Source: Nymphaea colorata
Taxonomy: Eukaryota
Reading direction: 5' to 3'
NCBI RefSeq assembly: GCF_008831285.2
Contig: NC_045138.2
Location: 34,968,001-35,032,000 of the forward strand
DNA: 64,000 nt
The position numbers were made by a program, and so were the translations under genes. Under the pieces are notes generated by a model. That model was not told where the DNA came from and did no database searches. It saw only the letters and a program-made list of their open reading frames with translations. Positions 38,234 to 53,500 of the stretch are shown in pieces. Within the stretch, counting starts at the first letter, position 1; every line of letters begins with the position of its first letter.

Positions 38234-39284
38234 GAACCAACTTCACTCAATCTCTCTCTAGAGATCAACTGTTATTCTCTTCTCTAAAAGGTCTTCCTAA
38301 TTTTGCTTCTAGTCTCATATCCCCCTATGAATGAATCCAATCATATAAACGACATTAAACTTTATTGTGACACAACTTTGATGAGGTATGAGATGCCTTT
38401 CATCACATTCATTGATTTTACAAGCGCGAAATTTCAAACAAAACGAATAAACATCAATAAACTTGGACACACACAAAGGCTCTTGCATTTCTAGCAAAAG
38501 CGCATCTATCAAATTGACAAGACAATGCACGTTTGACATTTTGATTAGGCAACCTCCTGGGAAGGCTCGGTGGGGCAAAGAACGAGAAGAAAATCAAAGG
38601 GAGGAAAGGCAAAAACCAAAGCTGATCTTCATATTGGACAGCAAGGCAAGCCCAACAATGACATAAAAAATTGCGTATGTCATAGAATAAATGAAAACAA
38701 AGAGACATATAGGGCGGTGTACAGTACCTTATTTACATAATCAGGTAGGAGTCCAGCTCATAATTGTATAAAACTGGCCATGGAAGTAGAAACTAGTAGA
38801 GAATTTTGGGGAAATGCAAGCAAGCTATTGAACAACCAAAGAAGCTAGTAGAGACGTTTGCATTATTGTGCCTTTGGCCTTGCTTGCATTTCCTTAGTTT
38901 CATTTCAAAGTACATGTGACAAAACATCACAGATAAGAACAACCAACGGAAACAGAAAAACTTAGCCATGTAGCAACTGTAAAATTATTTATTATAAAGT
39001 CAATTATAGTGTGCAATTTTATTACTTTCTAAAAATAAAAAAGGAATGACAAGCAAATGGAATATTATGAACAGTCAGAACCGCAAGGCGCCATCAAGAT
39101 GCATACCTCAGCAGCACTGATTTTTGTCTGGCCCAATAAACATAGCCTTCTAGATCAACTTCAACACTTAAGTTCATAATAGCGGTACAAACCTAGGAGA
39201 ATGTGTCAATCACAAAGTCTGTTATCAAATTGTTGAGTACACATCCCAACACCCATACCTCCAAACAACTTGTGAGATCACATG

Positions 39285-39315
<31 letters not shown>

Positions 39316-42300
39316 AGATTAATCTAAAAAAATATTTCCATATTTCAATGCTAAACATGACAATAGCAGGACAGGAAAATATAAACTTAACCCATTGAAT
39401 GTAATGTGAAAATCATAACTCACCTTAAAAACAAGTTTCTTTCGCCGCTGTTTTGTCCCATTTCTTACTTTTGAAAAGACCTTTTAATTGTTTTTTAAAT
39501 TGAACAGTTATTTACTATTTTGATGGAGAGCCCATAACGACCGAATAAAATTCAAATTGAAATAAAAAACAAAAAATCCCTGCCCATTATACGTGAGACA
39601 AACAAAACCCTCGTTGGGGCAAATCGAATTTCTTTTTTCCTGCCCATTAAACCTGAGTTGAAGAATATGTCCGTTGCACGATTTTCCCGTAATCATATTT
39701 CCAGAAATTTCGGATCAGCTTTCCTATTCGATGAAAAAGCCCGTTACGGCTGCCATGGTGAGCATCGGCTTCTGCCGCAGCCGCCGTCCTCCTCCTTGCA
39801 GCTTCCTTCATCGCAGCTCCCTCCTCTAGCCCTGCAGCTTCGTGGGTGAGCGGAACGGCGTTGGCGGTAAACAGTTTTCGTCTGGCGACATCTGGTCCGT
39901 GTGCCGGCTGCCGTGAAGGTCTTCAAAGCTCGTCCGGAAGCCTGCTTCAAAAGGGACTGGTTAAGAAGGCACTGGAGTTCTCCGTGTTCTGCGAAGCTTT
40001 TGTTCCTCCCATCGTCTTCTCAACCAACCGACAGCTTTGAGATTTTCACCAACTGCAGGTTCCTCTCCCCCCCCCCTCTGTCTCTCTATCCTGCGATGAA
40101 TTAGATTGATTGTCTTCTGTCTCGCTATTTCCTTGTCCTGTTTCTCCTTTCTTACCTTGTTCTGGTTGGATAGATTTGAGCGACCTTTTCCTCGCTCTCA
40201 TCTTGGAAGTTGAGGGTCTTCTTTTCCTGCCTCTAGTTGCTGATCATTTTAATCCATGGGCATCCGGTTTTTTTTTTTTTTTTTGTTTCGCGAGGTTGAG
40301 ATTCCCTGATTTCCTTTGTTCTTTTTTTTTTTTTTTGTTTTGCACGGTCGTGTTTTTTAAGGGCTTTTATTTTTTTCTGACCCGAGAATGTTGTTTTTCC
40401 TTTTCTGGCGACCGTTACGGGCTTACACTTTGTTCCAGGAATGGAACCCCACAAGGTTTTGTTTTAATAGAATTTGGCAGAAGAACATGGTTTGGCAGTG
40501 TCTCAGACATGAGGGGATAAGCCGTGTTTTTCAAGGACGATTCCTAAATCACAAACGCAGGCTGTTTTATGGTGAAATTGAGTAATTTTATGAGAAATTT
40601 TCACATTGAAGGTGTGGTTAGGAGCTTGGGAGCACACTTGATACGTTTTCTTGTTTCAAGTTCTGTTTTGCGTTCTCACGGTCTTCAAACTGTGATACTG
40701 CAGTGTAGCTGGAAGTTTGTCTCTGTATTAGAAGTGGTGTTGCATTGTTTTATGTGATATAAATGAGGGGGTCTGACTGACAGGATTTGTTTACATGCTC
40801 ATCTTCTGAAACATCACCTCGACAGTAGTTTCGGTTACATTCTTCACTTCAGTATGGTCTGAGTCGTAACTGCTGTTTTCTAATACCTTCCTGTTAGTGT
40901 ATTTCTGCTACTGAGAAGACCACTTCAATACTCGACAAGGATAAGCTTGCAGACTGCTTTACCCAATTGTTTGAAACTTCCAATTAGTTGAGGACCTAAC
41001 ACTTATGAGAACTTTTCACCCTTAAACCAACATTTTGTGTAGAATGCCCTACTTTTATAGGAGAGCTGATGTAGTTCATTCTTCTTCCCAACAAATCCAT
41101 CTGGTTTCATAGACACTCCTCTCGTAGTGGCAGACGAGAGTTTCTACTTCTAGGTGATATACCATTTGATGTCAAGAAGTTTTTTGAAAGTGAAAATTTT
41201 TAATTTTACCTAAACATTTTAAAAGTGTTTTCTCACCTAATGATATACCTTCATCTTATTCTTAATACCTCATCGAGTAGAAGGAAAAAATTTCAAGTTT
41301 TTGATGCCAATCATTAGAAGAGGAAATCTTCAAAGATCCTGGATATGAGCAGTGAAGAAAAATTCAATGAAACTGAGAAAGTCAAGACTATGAAAGGCTA
41401 TTGACTTAAGTGATCAAGCGTCTGCAAGGATTTATCAGGAAAATATCTTAGGAGAGAAGCCATAATGCCTTTTAAAATATTGGCAGGTAGCAAAATGAGA
41501 GTTGAGAGATGGGCTCGGGGCTTGTGTGGTCGTTCCTCTGGGTCAGTAATCGAGAGTACCGGGTAGGCATAAAGGTGATTTATGTCTATACCGCGAAGAT
41601 GAAGACTTATGAACTTTTGACATGTTGAAAACCCGCAAGGTGAAACGGGTTGGATACATGAAAAAACTACACATAACCACTAAAGTGGTGGAGCTCCGTA
41701 GTAGCCTTTGGGGTGGTGAGGGATTCCCTCAAAGGTGAAGGTCGGCCTAAAGAAAAAAATCAAAAGCAAAAAAAAAAAAAAGAAGGGGCAAAAAGCCTAT
41801 TGCAAAAAAAAAAAAGAAAAAAAAAAAGGTGGCTTCCAAGATATGAATGGCATGAAGGCTGAACTCCTAGGAATTGAATGTGACAGTCTTTTGTGGATGC
41901 ACGAGTCTTGAGTCAATAGCCATTCCTCTTTTTGACTTTCTAAGATGTTGAGGATGATTCTTTTATGTTCATATTTTGAAAATTTAAAGATTTTCCTTTC
42001 TAGAGATTCAACAACATTGATGCGAAATGAATCCTACTGCTTGTACAATATTGAGGGTAAATGAAGGACATATCATTTGCACAACGAGCACTCAAGCTTA
42101 TGATTTAAATCGATGATTAATGAGTTGTTTCAAAATAAAAATTTGACATCTTTTGTTATGTTTCCTAGCTTCTTGGACCTGTGAGGAACTCCCAACTCCT
42201 CTTTGTTCTTGAAAGATGTCGTTTTCTGATTACCAAAACGGCTACCCGGCAAACCTATTCCATTCATATCGAGTGTAATGAATTTCCTATCGTGTGTTTG

Positions 42301-45300
42301 CAGTGTTAGCTGGGCAATGACTTGCATAAAGATGGTTAAACAGTTGTTTGTTTGCGTTTTTTGTTTATTGGCTTGCCATAATTTGGTAGGAAACCAACTC
42401 TATGCCTGTACATTTGAGAGCTTGAAAACCACACCCAAAACACCAGAAATCTCCTCAGAGATAGTGTTGTTGTTGTAAACTTCTATTTCCAAAATTGTGG
42501 ATGTTTAGGTGACTTCAACCTTTGACAATTGATTTGTTTTGCTTCCCAAGACCGGTTATCCCTTGGGTTTAGCTTATTTGATTGCAGGGAATCTGATTTG
42601 ACCCAGTGGTTGCAAATTTATATTGAAATGAAGAATTTTTGCTATAAATTCATGAGAAAATTACATATATGTGCAGAAATTAGATTGCTTGCAGCAACCT
42701 GACAAGTTTCTAGTAGTCAATTAGTCTGTCTTTTACCTGAATTTGTGATCTCAGTTCTGCTAGTGTATGCATGAGACAACTTAAGTCAGAGTCATGTACA
42801 CTTAAAGCAGTCTTTCAAATTTGTTGATATTCAGTTGCCATTTACCATAGTCCAATTAGTTTAGAGAGTACAGACTCTATAATTAAAGCGTTTATCAGTT
42901 TATCTTAGAGCTCTTACATTTTTTTCCAAGTCTCATTCATTTGTTTCCAAGTTGGTGATCAAAAGAAACTTTTGAAGAAATTAAGGGGCTGATGCATCCA
43001 GAGAATCTTGCATTTTTGGTCTATCTTCGTACATGTTTGGCGTCTAGAGAATTGTGCACTTTTTAGTCCGTTTTAGTATCTGTTTGTTCCCCATATTTGA
43101 TACGGACTTGCCACTTATTGGAAAAGTATACCAAAATTACTTTTGTTGCCTCTTAGGTAGAATCTGCAACATTGTTTAGTATTCAAGCGGAATCCTTCTC
43201 ATTAACCTTGTAGCCATTAGTGGAAATCTTTGTACACTTTGTACTATTGCCTGCTTTGTTGATTTGGTTTTTCCTTTTTCTTTTGTTTTTGTGTGCGTGT
43301 GGGTGAGAGAGATTTTATATTTGGTAGTTAATAAGCATAGAGTTCAACTTAGTTAGTGAATGTAGGATTATTTCTTCATTTTCTTGGTGTGTTTTTATTC
43401 CAACTTTTTGGCTTGAGTTGTTGAATTATTGAGCTTAAAGTGCAAGGAGGAGAGATTAGACAAGTAGGGATAGAGTAGAAGTCTACTTGTGTTTGATGGT
43501 TTAATTGAGTGTTTATTTCTTGATTTTATTGCGGCTCAACAGTGATGGTTTGTGGAAGAACAAGATCTTGCGAAGCTGGGAACTGAACTTTTTTCATACC
43601 TTACTGTAAATGAGAAAAAGATGGGTAGCACTGTTTGTGAATAATGTGTTATTTACTGAACTTGCGTAGATAGTGAATAATGGGCGGTTCTTTTTTCCTT
43701 AGAATTAGTATGATCGTTCTGCTGTTACAGTGGGTCTATATGTTGATGAGGCGTCAAGAATAATTTCAAGGCAGCTTCAGTGTATAGTAGTAAACTTTGC
43801 GCCCTAACTGAATTTGACATGTTTACCCTAAGCCAAGGCCACCTTGGTTGAACAGGTATTTGGCAGTTAGGTGGTATTGCAGACTTGAAAGCTAGAGATT
43901 AAATTGTGACGCCGAGCTTGCAAGGTTAGGCATTTTCAAGTGGATTGTCACTGGCCTTTTATCATTTTCCAGATATCCTTTCCTTGTTCTGCATGGGTTC
44001 TTGCAGTTGCACAGGCCATTAAATTTTCGGAGTTGAGGTTAGGATCTAGACAACAAGGCACAAGAAAATCCTTGAGCATTAGGGATACCTTGCAATTCTA
44101 CATGCTTTTCTGAAAAGCATTACTCAGTAACCCTATTATAGTTGTACCGCTCTTCCTCAGGTTAATAGATTTGGGTTTTTGGTTAATCCACAATGCATAT
44201 GTCACACTTTCCTTTCACCAATGATATCTGCTCAATTGTTCCTTGAAGACGACTGGGCTTTCAAACTTCAAATATAAGCTAAGCTGTTCTTATATGGTGC
44301 AGGTTGCTTATCCTCTTCCACAACGTGTTTGGTCTGCTGCTTTGGCGGATCTGAAACACACTCCCCCCTCAAATAGCTTCAGTTTCACTTTCATGATTTC
44401 ACAGAGTAGAATACTAATAATGCTGACCCACAGGTGATCCTAATGCAGCCCAGCAAATTACCTTTATATCTTCACTTAGAATGTGATGTAAAGGTTCGGT
44501 CAAAGACTAAATAATTGGATCTCCAATGAGTAAAAAGATAAAAGACAAGAAGGAGAGCAGTAGTAGGGGCATGGTGGTCAACACGGGCAAAATGTGATGG
44601 CTGATAAACTTGCAGTAAATAGTTTGGCAGAAGGCTTGTGCCTGGGAAGGCGAGTAAGCTGTTTCTCGGTGGCAAGGGAGACTCACTGGTCATTGGGATG
44701 CACATTGCCTAGTTGACGCAATCCATTGATAGTTGAAACCTGTGAAGAAGTCCATGGACCAGGTGACTGATTGTAGGGCGGCCTGTGAATGGAAGGTGAG
44801 TGGTTTATTATATCAGGATCAGTAGCATGGATTTATTTTGAAATAATAGATTTGATGTTCACTTGCACCTCCAGCATGACTTTTTTATTTTTTGCTGTAT
44901 TATAGCAGACTGCCTAGTAAAGAATTCTTGTGACACAGGACTATGGACATGCCTTAGAATGCCCAATTTAACCAATAGGCACACATACATTATGAATCCC
45001 CAAATTATGCTGGAGGTTTTATTGCTTGAACTGTTTTACCATTCTAAAAAGGACCAATGCATTCCTGCTTGATGTTGTTGGCGGCATCTTTGAGAGGTAC
45101 GCTTTGTTCATGGGTTCAGGAGATCAATTCATGCTCTTAAGAATGCTAGCAGAATTAGTCCTTTGGTGGACAAGGGGCCTCAGAAGTGTCTTGCAAAACA
45201 GTCATTTTGAATACAACATGCATGTGTGGTATTGTCCTTTTTTTTTTTGGTTTATTATGTAGAAAAAGAATGGGACAACGAAGCTGGAGGTAGGAACTGG

Positions 45301-45671
45301 AAGTCTGGAACTATATTGGTGCACTAGATGAATGGCTGAAGGTGCTTTCTCTCTCTCTCTCTCTCTTTGATGATACTCATTCGTGGGTTTAGGATGTGGG
45401 CAATTGTAGAGCCATGTTAAATTTTCAATCAACGTACATCGCCCTCCTCCCTCCTCGATGAAATTCACATTGAAGTACAGGCAGCTAAGCCATTGTTGTT
45501 GGATTGCAGCTAAGCCACAGTTGTTGTTGGCCTTTTCAACGGGAGAGAGTTAGGATTTTTTTTCGGAAATTCTTTGATGTTGCTTATGACAAAATACAGA
45601 AGTTGGTTTAACTGTCAAAGTGTTTGGCATTGGGTATAAAATTGTGTGGGATCCCCAAGAGACTGATCTAG

Positions 45672-45715
<44 letters not shown>

Positions 45716-48700
45716 TCAAGGACACCACAAACATTGGGAGTCTGGCGAGGGAGAACCCTAATTGGGGATTAGGGCTGATGAGCGTGCGTAGCCGTGGGTA
45801 CAACTGGTAGTGGCTAACAACTGGTATCATAGCATACCAGAGCAGTGTTGATCCTTCAGCCATAATATGAAATTCCTCATAGCTGTATGGCCATGCCCTC
45901 GCGAGTTTTGGTCTATGGCTCCGGTGGCAGCTCTTCCTCTTCCTCGTCTAGGAGTGTTATGAGAGGTTGTGCCTAGGAGTGTTATGAGAGGTTGTGCCGC
46001 CGTATTTTTTAGGAGTAAGAGGGAGGCGTCTTCACAATAGATGGTTCTTTTCATCCGTTGGAAGAGGGAGGCATCTTACACCTGAGGGATTTTAAGGATT
46101 ACAGCCGCTGCTTATAGAAACTCCATATCGGGATGGATAGGTTTGAAGGATTGGTTGATGAATGCTTTGTTAATTGTAGAGAAGCCAAAGGAGGATGTTC
46201 ACACTGGGGTTTAGAAAGGTCTGCTTATAGAAACTCCCTATGGGGCATGGATAGGTTTGAAGGATTGGTTGATGAATGCTTTGTTAATTGTAGAGAAGCC
46301 AAAGGAGGGATGTTCACACTATGGGGTTTAGAAAGGTCACTTGTCTCCGACCAACTAGTGGTGCAAGGCTGCAGTGGCCTAGTGAGTGGGAGTCCTACGG
46401 AAGCATCTCTTGATGTTGGCAAGTTACTGGTGAGAGTTGCAAGCGAGTCTTTTTTCTTGGAAGGAGGCGAAATTGTGATTGCAGAGTGTCTACAAGTGAG
46501 TTTAAAAAAAGGGTGGTGGGTGGACTATTAGATGAGCAAGAACACTCGTTGTAGGCATACAGAGAGGGGTGGTGGGTGAGGCTGAACTCTCTAAAGATGC
46601 TACCATTGGGTATCAATTTTTTAAAACATGCTTGTGGGTTGAGAAAAAAAAAAGACGGGAGAGTCACATCCCTGCTAGCAGTGTTGCATCAATATACCCC
46701 AAGCTTTAAGCTTTTAGGGGGGGTTGCACCTTAAGATCTTTGCAGCTGTCATGGTAGCTTGAACAGGCAATAGGCATTATAGGCATTGTTGATAAAAGGG
46801 AGACAGAGTTAAGAATGATCCAGGCAGAATTGGAGAGGGGGCATGTAGGTGACCGAATGGTTACAAGCATTGTATCTGTCGGAGGGGGAACGAGACGGAA
46901 GCCTATAATAAATCCGAAAAGAAATGAATGATGCATTCTCTGTGATAGTAGGATCACATGTTCCTCGGAGTACTAAGCAGGTAGTGGGGCATATATCACA
47001 ATCTCTCAGCCTTCAAGAATGATGAGCACCTTTCTTAATCTCCTGAGGCACACCTTGTTGATGACCCATTTCCAACCAGTCACTGACGAGCACTTTGAAG
47101 TTAATTTCAAGGTTAGGCTAACATTGATTGAAATTGCCAGGAAATATCCTTTTAACAAAGATGTTGTTCGGGTAATTACACAATTAGGAAGCGGCTGTTG
47201 AAGTTGTAGAGAGGGGAAAAGATTTTGCCATATTGCATATTCATTCCAGTGGGCCTACCCTGGTCACATTGCTTATGATGGGCTACCCTGATCACATTGC
47301 TTGAGAAGATCTGCAAAACAAACACAGTCGGACTGCATCTCCTGGCTCAATGGAAGGCTGTTCTCGTACAACAACCATTTTTCTTTACACGTTGAGGAGA
47401 AAGTGGTTTTTAGGCATTGGGTATAAAATTGGATAGGATCCCCAAGAGACTGATCTAGTAGTGCTTATATATGGTCTAAGGACCACCACTAACATTGAGG
47501 GTCTGGCCCTCTGGCCATGGATAACCCTAATCGGGGATTAGGGTTCGAAGGGGGGACTCTTGTTAGGGGTGGCTGACACAAAGCCTTTCCAATAATTAGG
47601 TGTTTGACCTACCTAATATTGTTAGGTTTTTAACTTGACAATTTTGGATCAAAGGAAATTATCTTGAAATGTGCATTGGGTAACAACCAACCCCAATGTG
47701 ATAACTCGGATGAAGGCAATTAGAATTCCAACCATCTTTTTCGAGATTCAGCTGTTGTTTTGATTGCAAACAGATTCAGCTGTTGTTTTGATTGCAAACG
47801 ACTTCCCCAACAAACTAACTTCATTCTATGTTGGCACTTGGAGAATCCGTCCATTCTATTCATTGCTAAGTTGACATATCCTTCTCAGGACAGTGCTTGC
47901 TTGCTGTTATCTGAAGTGATGATTTTGACAAGAAAAATTTTAGAGTAGGATTTTAGATTGTTTCTCTCGGTACTTTAACTTGGAGACTGAAGGACGGAAG
48001 TAAATTCCTTTCATTTGTGTTGTCAACAAAAAGTAAAGTTTGAGTGCACAGCATTCCCTGGAGAAGCACAGCTGTTATTTTCTCTTTGATTCCTCTTTCC
48101 ACCAGTCCTTAAACCCAATATCCCCAGACTGCATGGATGAGATAGAAAGCTTCGTTCAAGAATTCATTCAGTCGTAAATGAAACCGTTTTCTTTGGTTCG
48201 GGAAGCAGTTGGATCCACATTTCAGGTATAAAGACGCAAAAGCTTTCTCAGTTCATCAGTTAAAGTGGAAACTTCTTCAAGGAGCACTACTTGTTGAAGC
48301 CCAGTATGGGCCACCGAAGTCCAATTAGATAGAGTTTTGTTACTATTTTGAGTCATATGAAACGAGTTGCCACACCAAGCTGACAGTGCATTAATGTCAT
48401 GCCCAGACCTCGTTACAGCCGTGGAATAAGATGAAGGGAAAGCCTTTTTGGCCTTTAACTAGCAACTTAAGGCAAAACGTACCACAAAAATTTAATTATT
48501 GTATATATGCTATATGTTGCCTCAAATAACTGGAAATTTTAATGCGTGGAAAAAAGTTCTCTTTCTTGGAAGCGTTTTATTTTAATCAGAATCTTTTCAT
48601 AGATTTTATTACAAAAACTGATTTTATTTAATTTATAAACCAAAAGGTGAGCCAAAAGAATTTTCCTTAAAAATATATTTCTTTAAGAAAATTGAGCTCA

Positions 48701-49412
48701 GTTGTATAATCACATTTTGTTAGGTATTTAACTTGAAAATTTTGGATCAAAGGAAATTACGGGTGACAATGAAGGGTTTAAACCCCAACGCTGATGAAGG
48801 CAATTTGAACTCCAGGCATCTTTTTTGAGATTCGGCTGTTGTTCCTCCCCAACAAAGGTTCCTACTCATTGCTAAGTTGAAGCGATGAGTTTGTTCAAGT
48901 GGGATTTTGGATTTTATGGCAGCTCATGGCAAACCGTGTCGTACTCTTGATTTAACAGTTATTGTGACAGAAAATAATCTCATATAAATATATTATTTAA
49001 CGTAGTGTCAAGACAATTAAGTCTCGAACTTTCATTAGGCTGCGTTTTTTTCGCCCCTGACTTAAGCTATACCGGTGATTATAGGCACCGCCGTAAGGCG
49101 ATGCCGGTGATGGACGCCATCGGAATTGGTCTTTTGCGGTGATTGAATTCACCTCTGCATGGGATCTCAACCGGTGATTTGTGCCGCCGCTATTTTGCAC
49201 AAGTTATAGCGGTGATGGGATTCACTGCTGTCGATCTATAGCGGTGATGGTTTGCGTCGAAACTGTACCGGTGACGTCTCTCACCGTTGTAAATCTACAG
49301 TGGTGATCGACTTGAAAATGGTCATTTGTGATTAAAAACGGATATCAATATTTGATCAAAGGTCAGAAATGGTAAATCTGATTCATTCTAATCCATTGAG
49401 TGCGATGGAATT
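38234..49412 (+). repeat. Tandem-array unit, copy C (~370-bp deletion at ~40958)
   Basis: Collinear with D; offset changes from 11121 (40569/51690) to 11490 (42130/53620) across the junction agactgct/ttacccaattg. Confidence 0.97.
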
Positions 49413-50463
49413 GAACCAACTTCACTCAATCTCTCTCTAGAGATCAATTTTCTGTTATTCTCTTCTCTAAAAGGTCTCCCTAATTTTGCTTCTAGTCTCA
49501 TATCCTCCTTATGAATGAATCCAATCATATAAACGACATTAAACTGACTAAACTTTGATGAGGTATGAGATGCCTTTCATCATTCATTGATTTTACAAGC
49601 GCGAAATTTCAAACAAAACGAATAAACATCAATAAACTTGGACACACACAAAGGCTCTTGCATTTCTAGCAAAAGCGCATCTATCAAATTGACAAGACAA
49701 TGCACGTTTGAAATTTTGATTAGGCAACCCCCTGAGAAGGCTCGGTGGGGCAAAGAAGGAGAAGAAAATCAAAGGGAGGAAAGGCAAAAACCAAAGCTGA
49801 TCTTCATATTGGACAACAAGGCAAGCTCAACAATGACATCAAAATTGCATGTCATAGAATAAATGAAAACAAAGAGACATATAGGACCGTGTACAGTACC
49901 TTATTTACATAATCAGGTAGGAGTCCAGCTCATAATTGTATAAAACTGGCCATGAAAGTAGAAACTAGTAGAGAATTTTGGGGAAATGCAAGCAAGCTAT
50001 TGAACAACCAAAGAAGTTAGTAGAGAAGTTTGCATTATTGTGCCTTTGGCCTTGCTTGCATTTCCTTAGTTTCATTTGAAAATACATGTGACAAAACATC
50101 ACAGATAAGAACAACCAACGGAAACCAACGGAAACAGAAAAACTTAGCCATGTAGCAACTGTAAAATTATTTATTATAAAGCCAATTATAGTGTGTAATT
50201 TTATTACTTTCTAAAAATAAAAAGGAACGACAAGCGAATGGAATATTATGAACTGTCAGAACCGCAAGGCGCCATCAAGATGCATACCTCAGCAGCACTG
50301 ATTTTTGTCTGGCCCAATAAACATAGCCTTCTAGATCAACTTCAACACTTAAGTTCATAATAGCGGTACAAACCTAGGAGAATGTGTCAATCACAAAGTC
50401 TGTTATCAAATTGTTGAGTACACATCCCAACACCCATACCTCCAAACAACTTGTGAGATCACA

Positions 50464-50536
<73 letters not shown>

Positions 50537-53500
50537 AGATTAATCTAAAAAAATATTTCCATATTCCAATGCTAAACATGACAATAGCAGACAGAAAAAT
50601 ATAAACTTAACCCATTGAATGTAATGTGAAAATCATAACTCACTTTAAAAACAAGTTTCTTTCGCCGCTGTTTTGTAAATAAAAAACAGAAAATCCCTGC
50701 CCATTATACGTGAGACAAACAAACCCTCGTTGGGGCAAATCGAATTTCTTTTTTCCTGCCCATTAAACCTGAGTTGAAGAATATGTCCGTTGCAAGATTT
50801 TCCCGTAATCATATTTCCAGAAATTTCGGATCAGCTTTCCTATTCGATGAAAAAGCCCGTTACGGCTGCCATGGTGAGCATCGGCTTCTGCCGCAGCCGC
50901 CGTCCTCCTCCTTGCAGCTTCCTTCATCGCAGCTCCCTCCTCTAGCCCTGCAGCTTCGTGGGTGAGCGGAACGGCGTTGGCGGTAAACAGTTTTCGTCTG
51001 GCGACATCTGGTCCGTGTGCCGGCTGCCGTGAAGGTCTTCAAAGCTCGTCCGGAAGCCTGCTTCAAAAGGGACTGGTTAAGAAGGCACTGGAGTTCTCCG
51101 TGTTCTGCGAAGCTTTTGTTCCTCCCATCGTCTTCTCAACCAACCGACAGCTTTGAGATTTTCACCAACTGCAGGTTCCTCTCCCCCCCCTCTCTCTCTC
51201 TATCCTGCGATGAATTAGATTGATTGTCTTCTGTCTCGCTATTTCCTTGTCCTGTTTCTCCTTTCTTACCTTGTTCTGGTTGGATAGATTTGAGCGACCT
51301 TTTCCTCGCTCTCATCTTGGAAGTTGAGGGTCTTCTTTTCCTGCCTCTAGTTGCTGATCATTTTAATCCATGGGCATCCGGTTTTTTTTTTTTTTTTTTT
51401 TTGTTTCGCGAGGTTGAGATTCCCTGATTTCCTTTGTTCTTTTTTTTTTTTTTTTTTTTTTTGCACGGTCGTGTTTTTTAAGGGCTTTTATTTTTTTCTG
51501 ACCCGAGAATGTTGTTTTTCCTTTTCTGGCGACCGTTACGGGCTTACACTTTGTTCCAGGAATGGAACCCCACAAGGTTTTGTTTTAATAGAATTTGGCA
51601 GAAGAACATGGTTTGGCAGTGTCTCAGACATGAGGGGATAAGCCGTGTTTTTCAAGGACGATTCCTAAATCGCAAACGCAGGCTGTTTTATGGTGAAATT
51701 GAGTAATTTTATGAGAAATTTTCACATTGAAGGTGTGGTTAGGAGCTTGGCAGCACACTTGATACGTTTTCTTGTTTCAAGTTCTGTTTTGCGTTCTCAC
51801 GGTCTTCAAACTGTGATACTGCAGTGTAGCTGGAAGTTTGTCTCTGTATTAGAAGTGGTGTTGCATTGTTTTATGTGATATAAATGAGGGGGTCTGACTG
51901 ACAGGATTTGTTTACATGCTCATCTTCTGAAACATCACCTGGACAGTAGTTTCGGTTACATTCTTCACTTCAGTATGGTCTGAGTCGTAACTGCTGTTTT
52001 CTAATACCTTCCTGTTAGTGTATTTCTGCTACTGAGAAGACCACTTCAATACTCGACAAGGATAAGCTTGCAGACTGCTCTTATGCTAGATCTTTCATAT
52101 GTGTTTATATGTAGATCTTGTGTTTGCCATTGTAAGGAAGCTTTTTCCACAACTTTTGTTGTGATCCAATTATATTTTTCATTCTTTATTTTCTTGGCGA
52201 CTTGGCATTAGTGCCTTTCATTGAGTTTCAATTTAGGTTTACATGTCACTATTGTGACTCACATTTTTGTGGTATTAGAGCTCTGGCTTGGGCTTTGATT
52301 TGCTGATTGTGGATACAACTTTTTAGTTGGTTCATAAATGTGGTGTTCACCAACTATTGGTGAAATTATTGAAGTTACAAGTTGTCGGTGGGCCAAACTT
52401 TTGTGCAATCCAAACCTAGTCGTTTGTTTAGGGAGAGAATGTGCTTTACCCAATTGTTTGAAACTTCCAATTAGTTGAGGACCTAACACTTATGAGAACT
52501 TTTCACCCTTAAACCAACATTTTGTGTAGAATGCCCTACTTTTATAGGAGAGCTGATGTAGTTCATTCTTCTTCCCAACAAATCCATCTGGTTTCATAGA
52601 CACTCCTCTCGTAGTGGCAGACGAGAGTTTCTACTTCTAGGTGATATACCATTTGATGTCAAGAAGTTTTTTGAAAGTGAAAATTTTTAATTTTACCTAA
52701 AAACATTTTAAAAGTGTTTTCTCACCTAATGATATACCTTCATCTTATTCTTAATACCTCATCGAGTAGAAGGAAAAAATTTCAAGTTTTTGATGCCAAT
52801 CATTAGAAGAGGAAATCTTCAAAGATCCTGGATATGAGCAGTGAAGAAAAATTCAATGAAACTGAGAAAGTCAAGACTATGAAAGGCTATTGACTTAAGT
52901 GATCAAGCGTCTGCAAGGATTTATCAGGAAAATATCTTAGGAGAGAAGCCATAATGCCTTTTAAAATATTGGCAGGTAGCAAAATGAGAGTTGAGAGATG
53001 GGCTCGGGGCTTGTGTGGTCGTTCCTCTGGGTCAGTAATCGAGAGTACCGGGTAGGCATAAAGGTGATTTATGTCTATACCGCGAAGATGAAGACTTATG
53101 AACTTTTGACATGTTGAAAACCCGCAAGGTGAAACGGGTTGGATACATGAAAAAACTACACATAACCACTAAAGTGGTGGAGCTCCGTAGTAGCCTTTGG
53201 GGTGGTGAGGGATTCCCTCAAAGGTGAAGGTCGGCCTAAAGAAAAAAATCAAAAGCAAAAAAAAAAAAAAAGAAGGGGCAAAAAGCCTATTGCAAAAAAA
53301 AAAAAGAAAAAAAAAAAGGTGGCTTCCAAGATATGAATGGCATGAAGGCTGAACTCCTAGGAATTGAATGTGACAGTCTTTTGTGGATGCACGAGTCTTG
53401 AGTCAATAGCCATTCCTCTTTTTGACTTTCTAAGATGTTGAGGATGATTCTTTTATGTTCATATTTTGAAAATTTAAAGATTTTCCTTTCTAGAGATTCA

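Noticed and set aside
40110..40520. 136-aa ORF and related poly-F/poly-K ORFs after the GC island
   Set aside because: Run through poly-T tracts whose length, and hence frame, differs between copies; non-ATG starts; intron-like composition.
46133..46531. 132-aa ORF with an internal repeat (MDRFEGLVDECFVNCRE x2)
   Set aside because: Arises from a tandem duplication on the antisense strand of the LINE remnant and is not kept intact in copy A.
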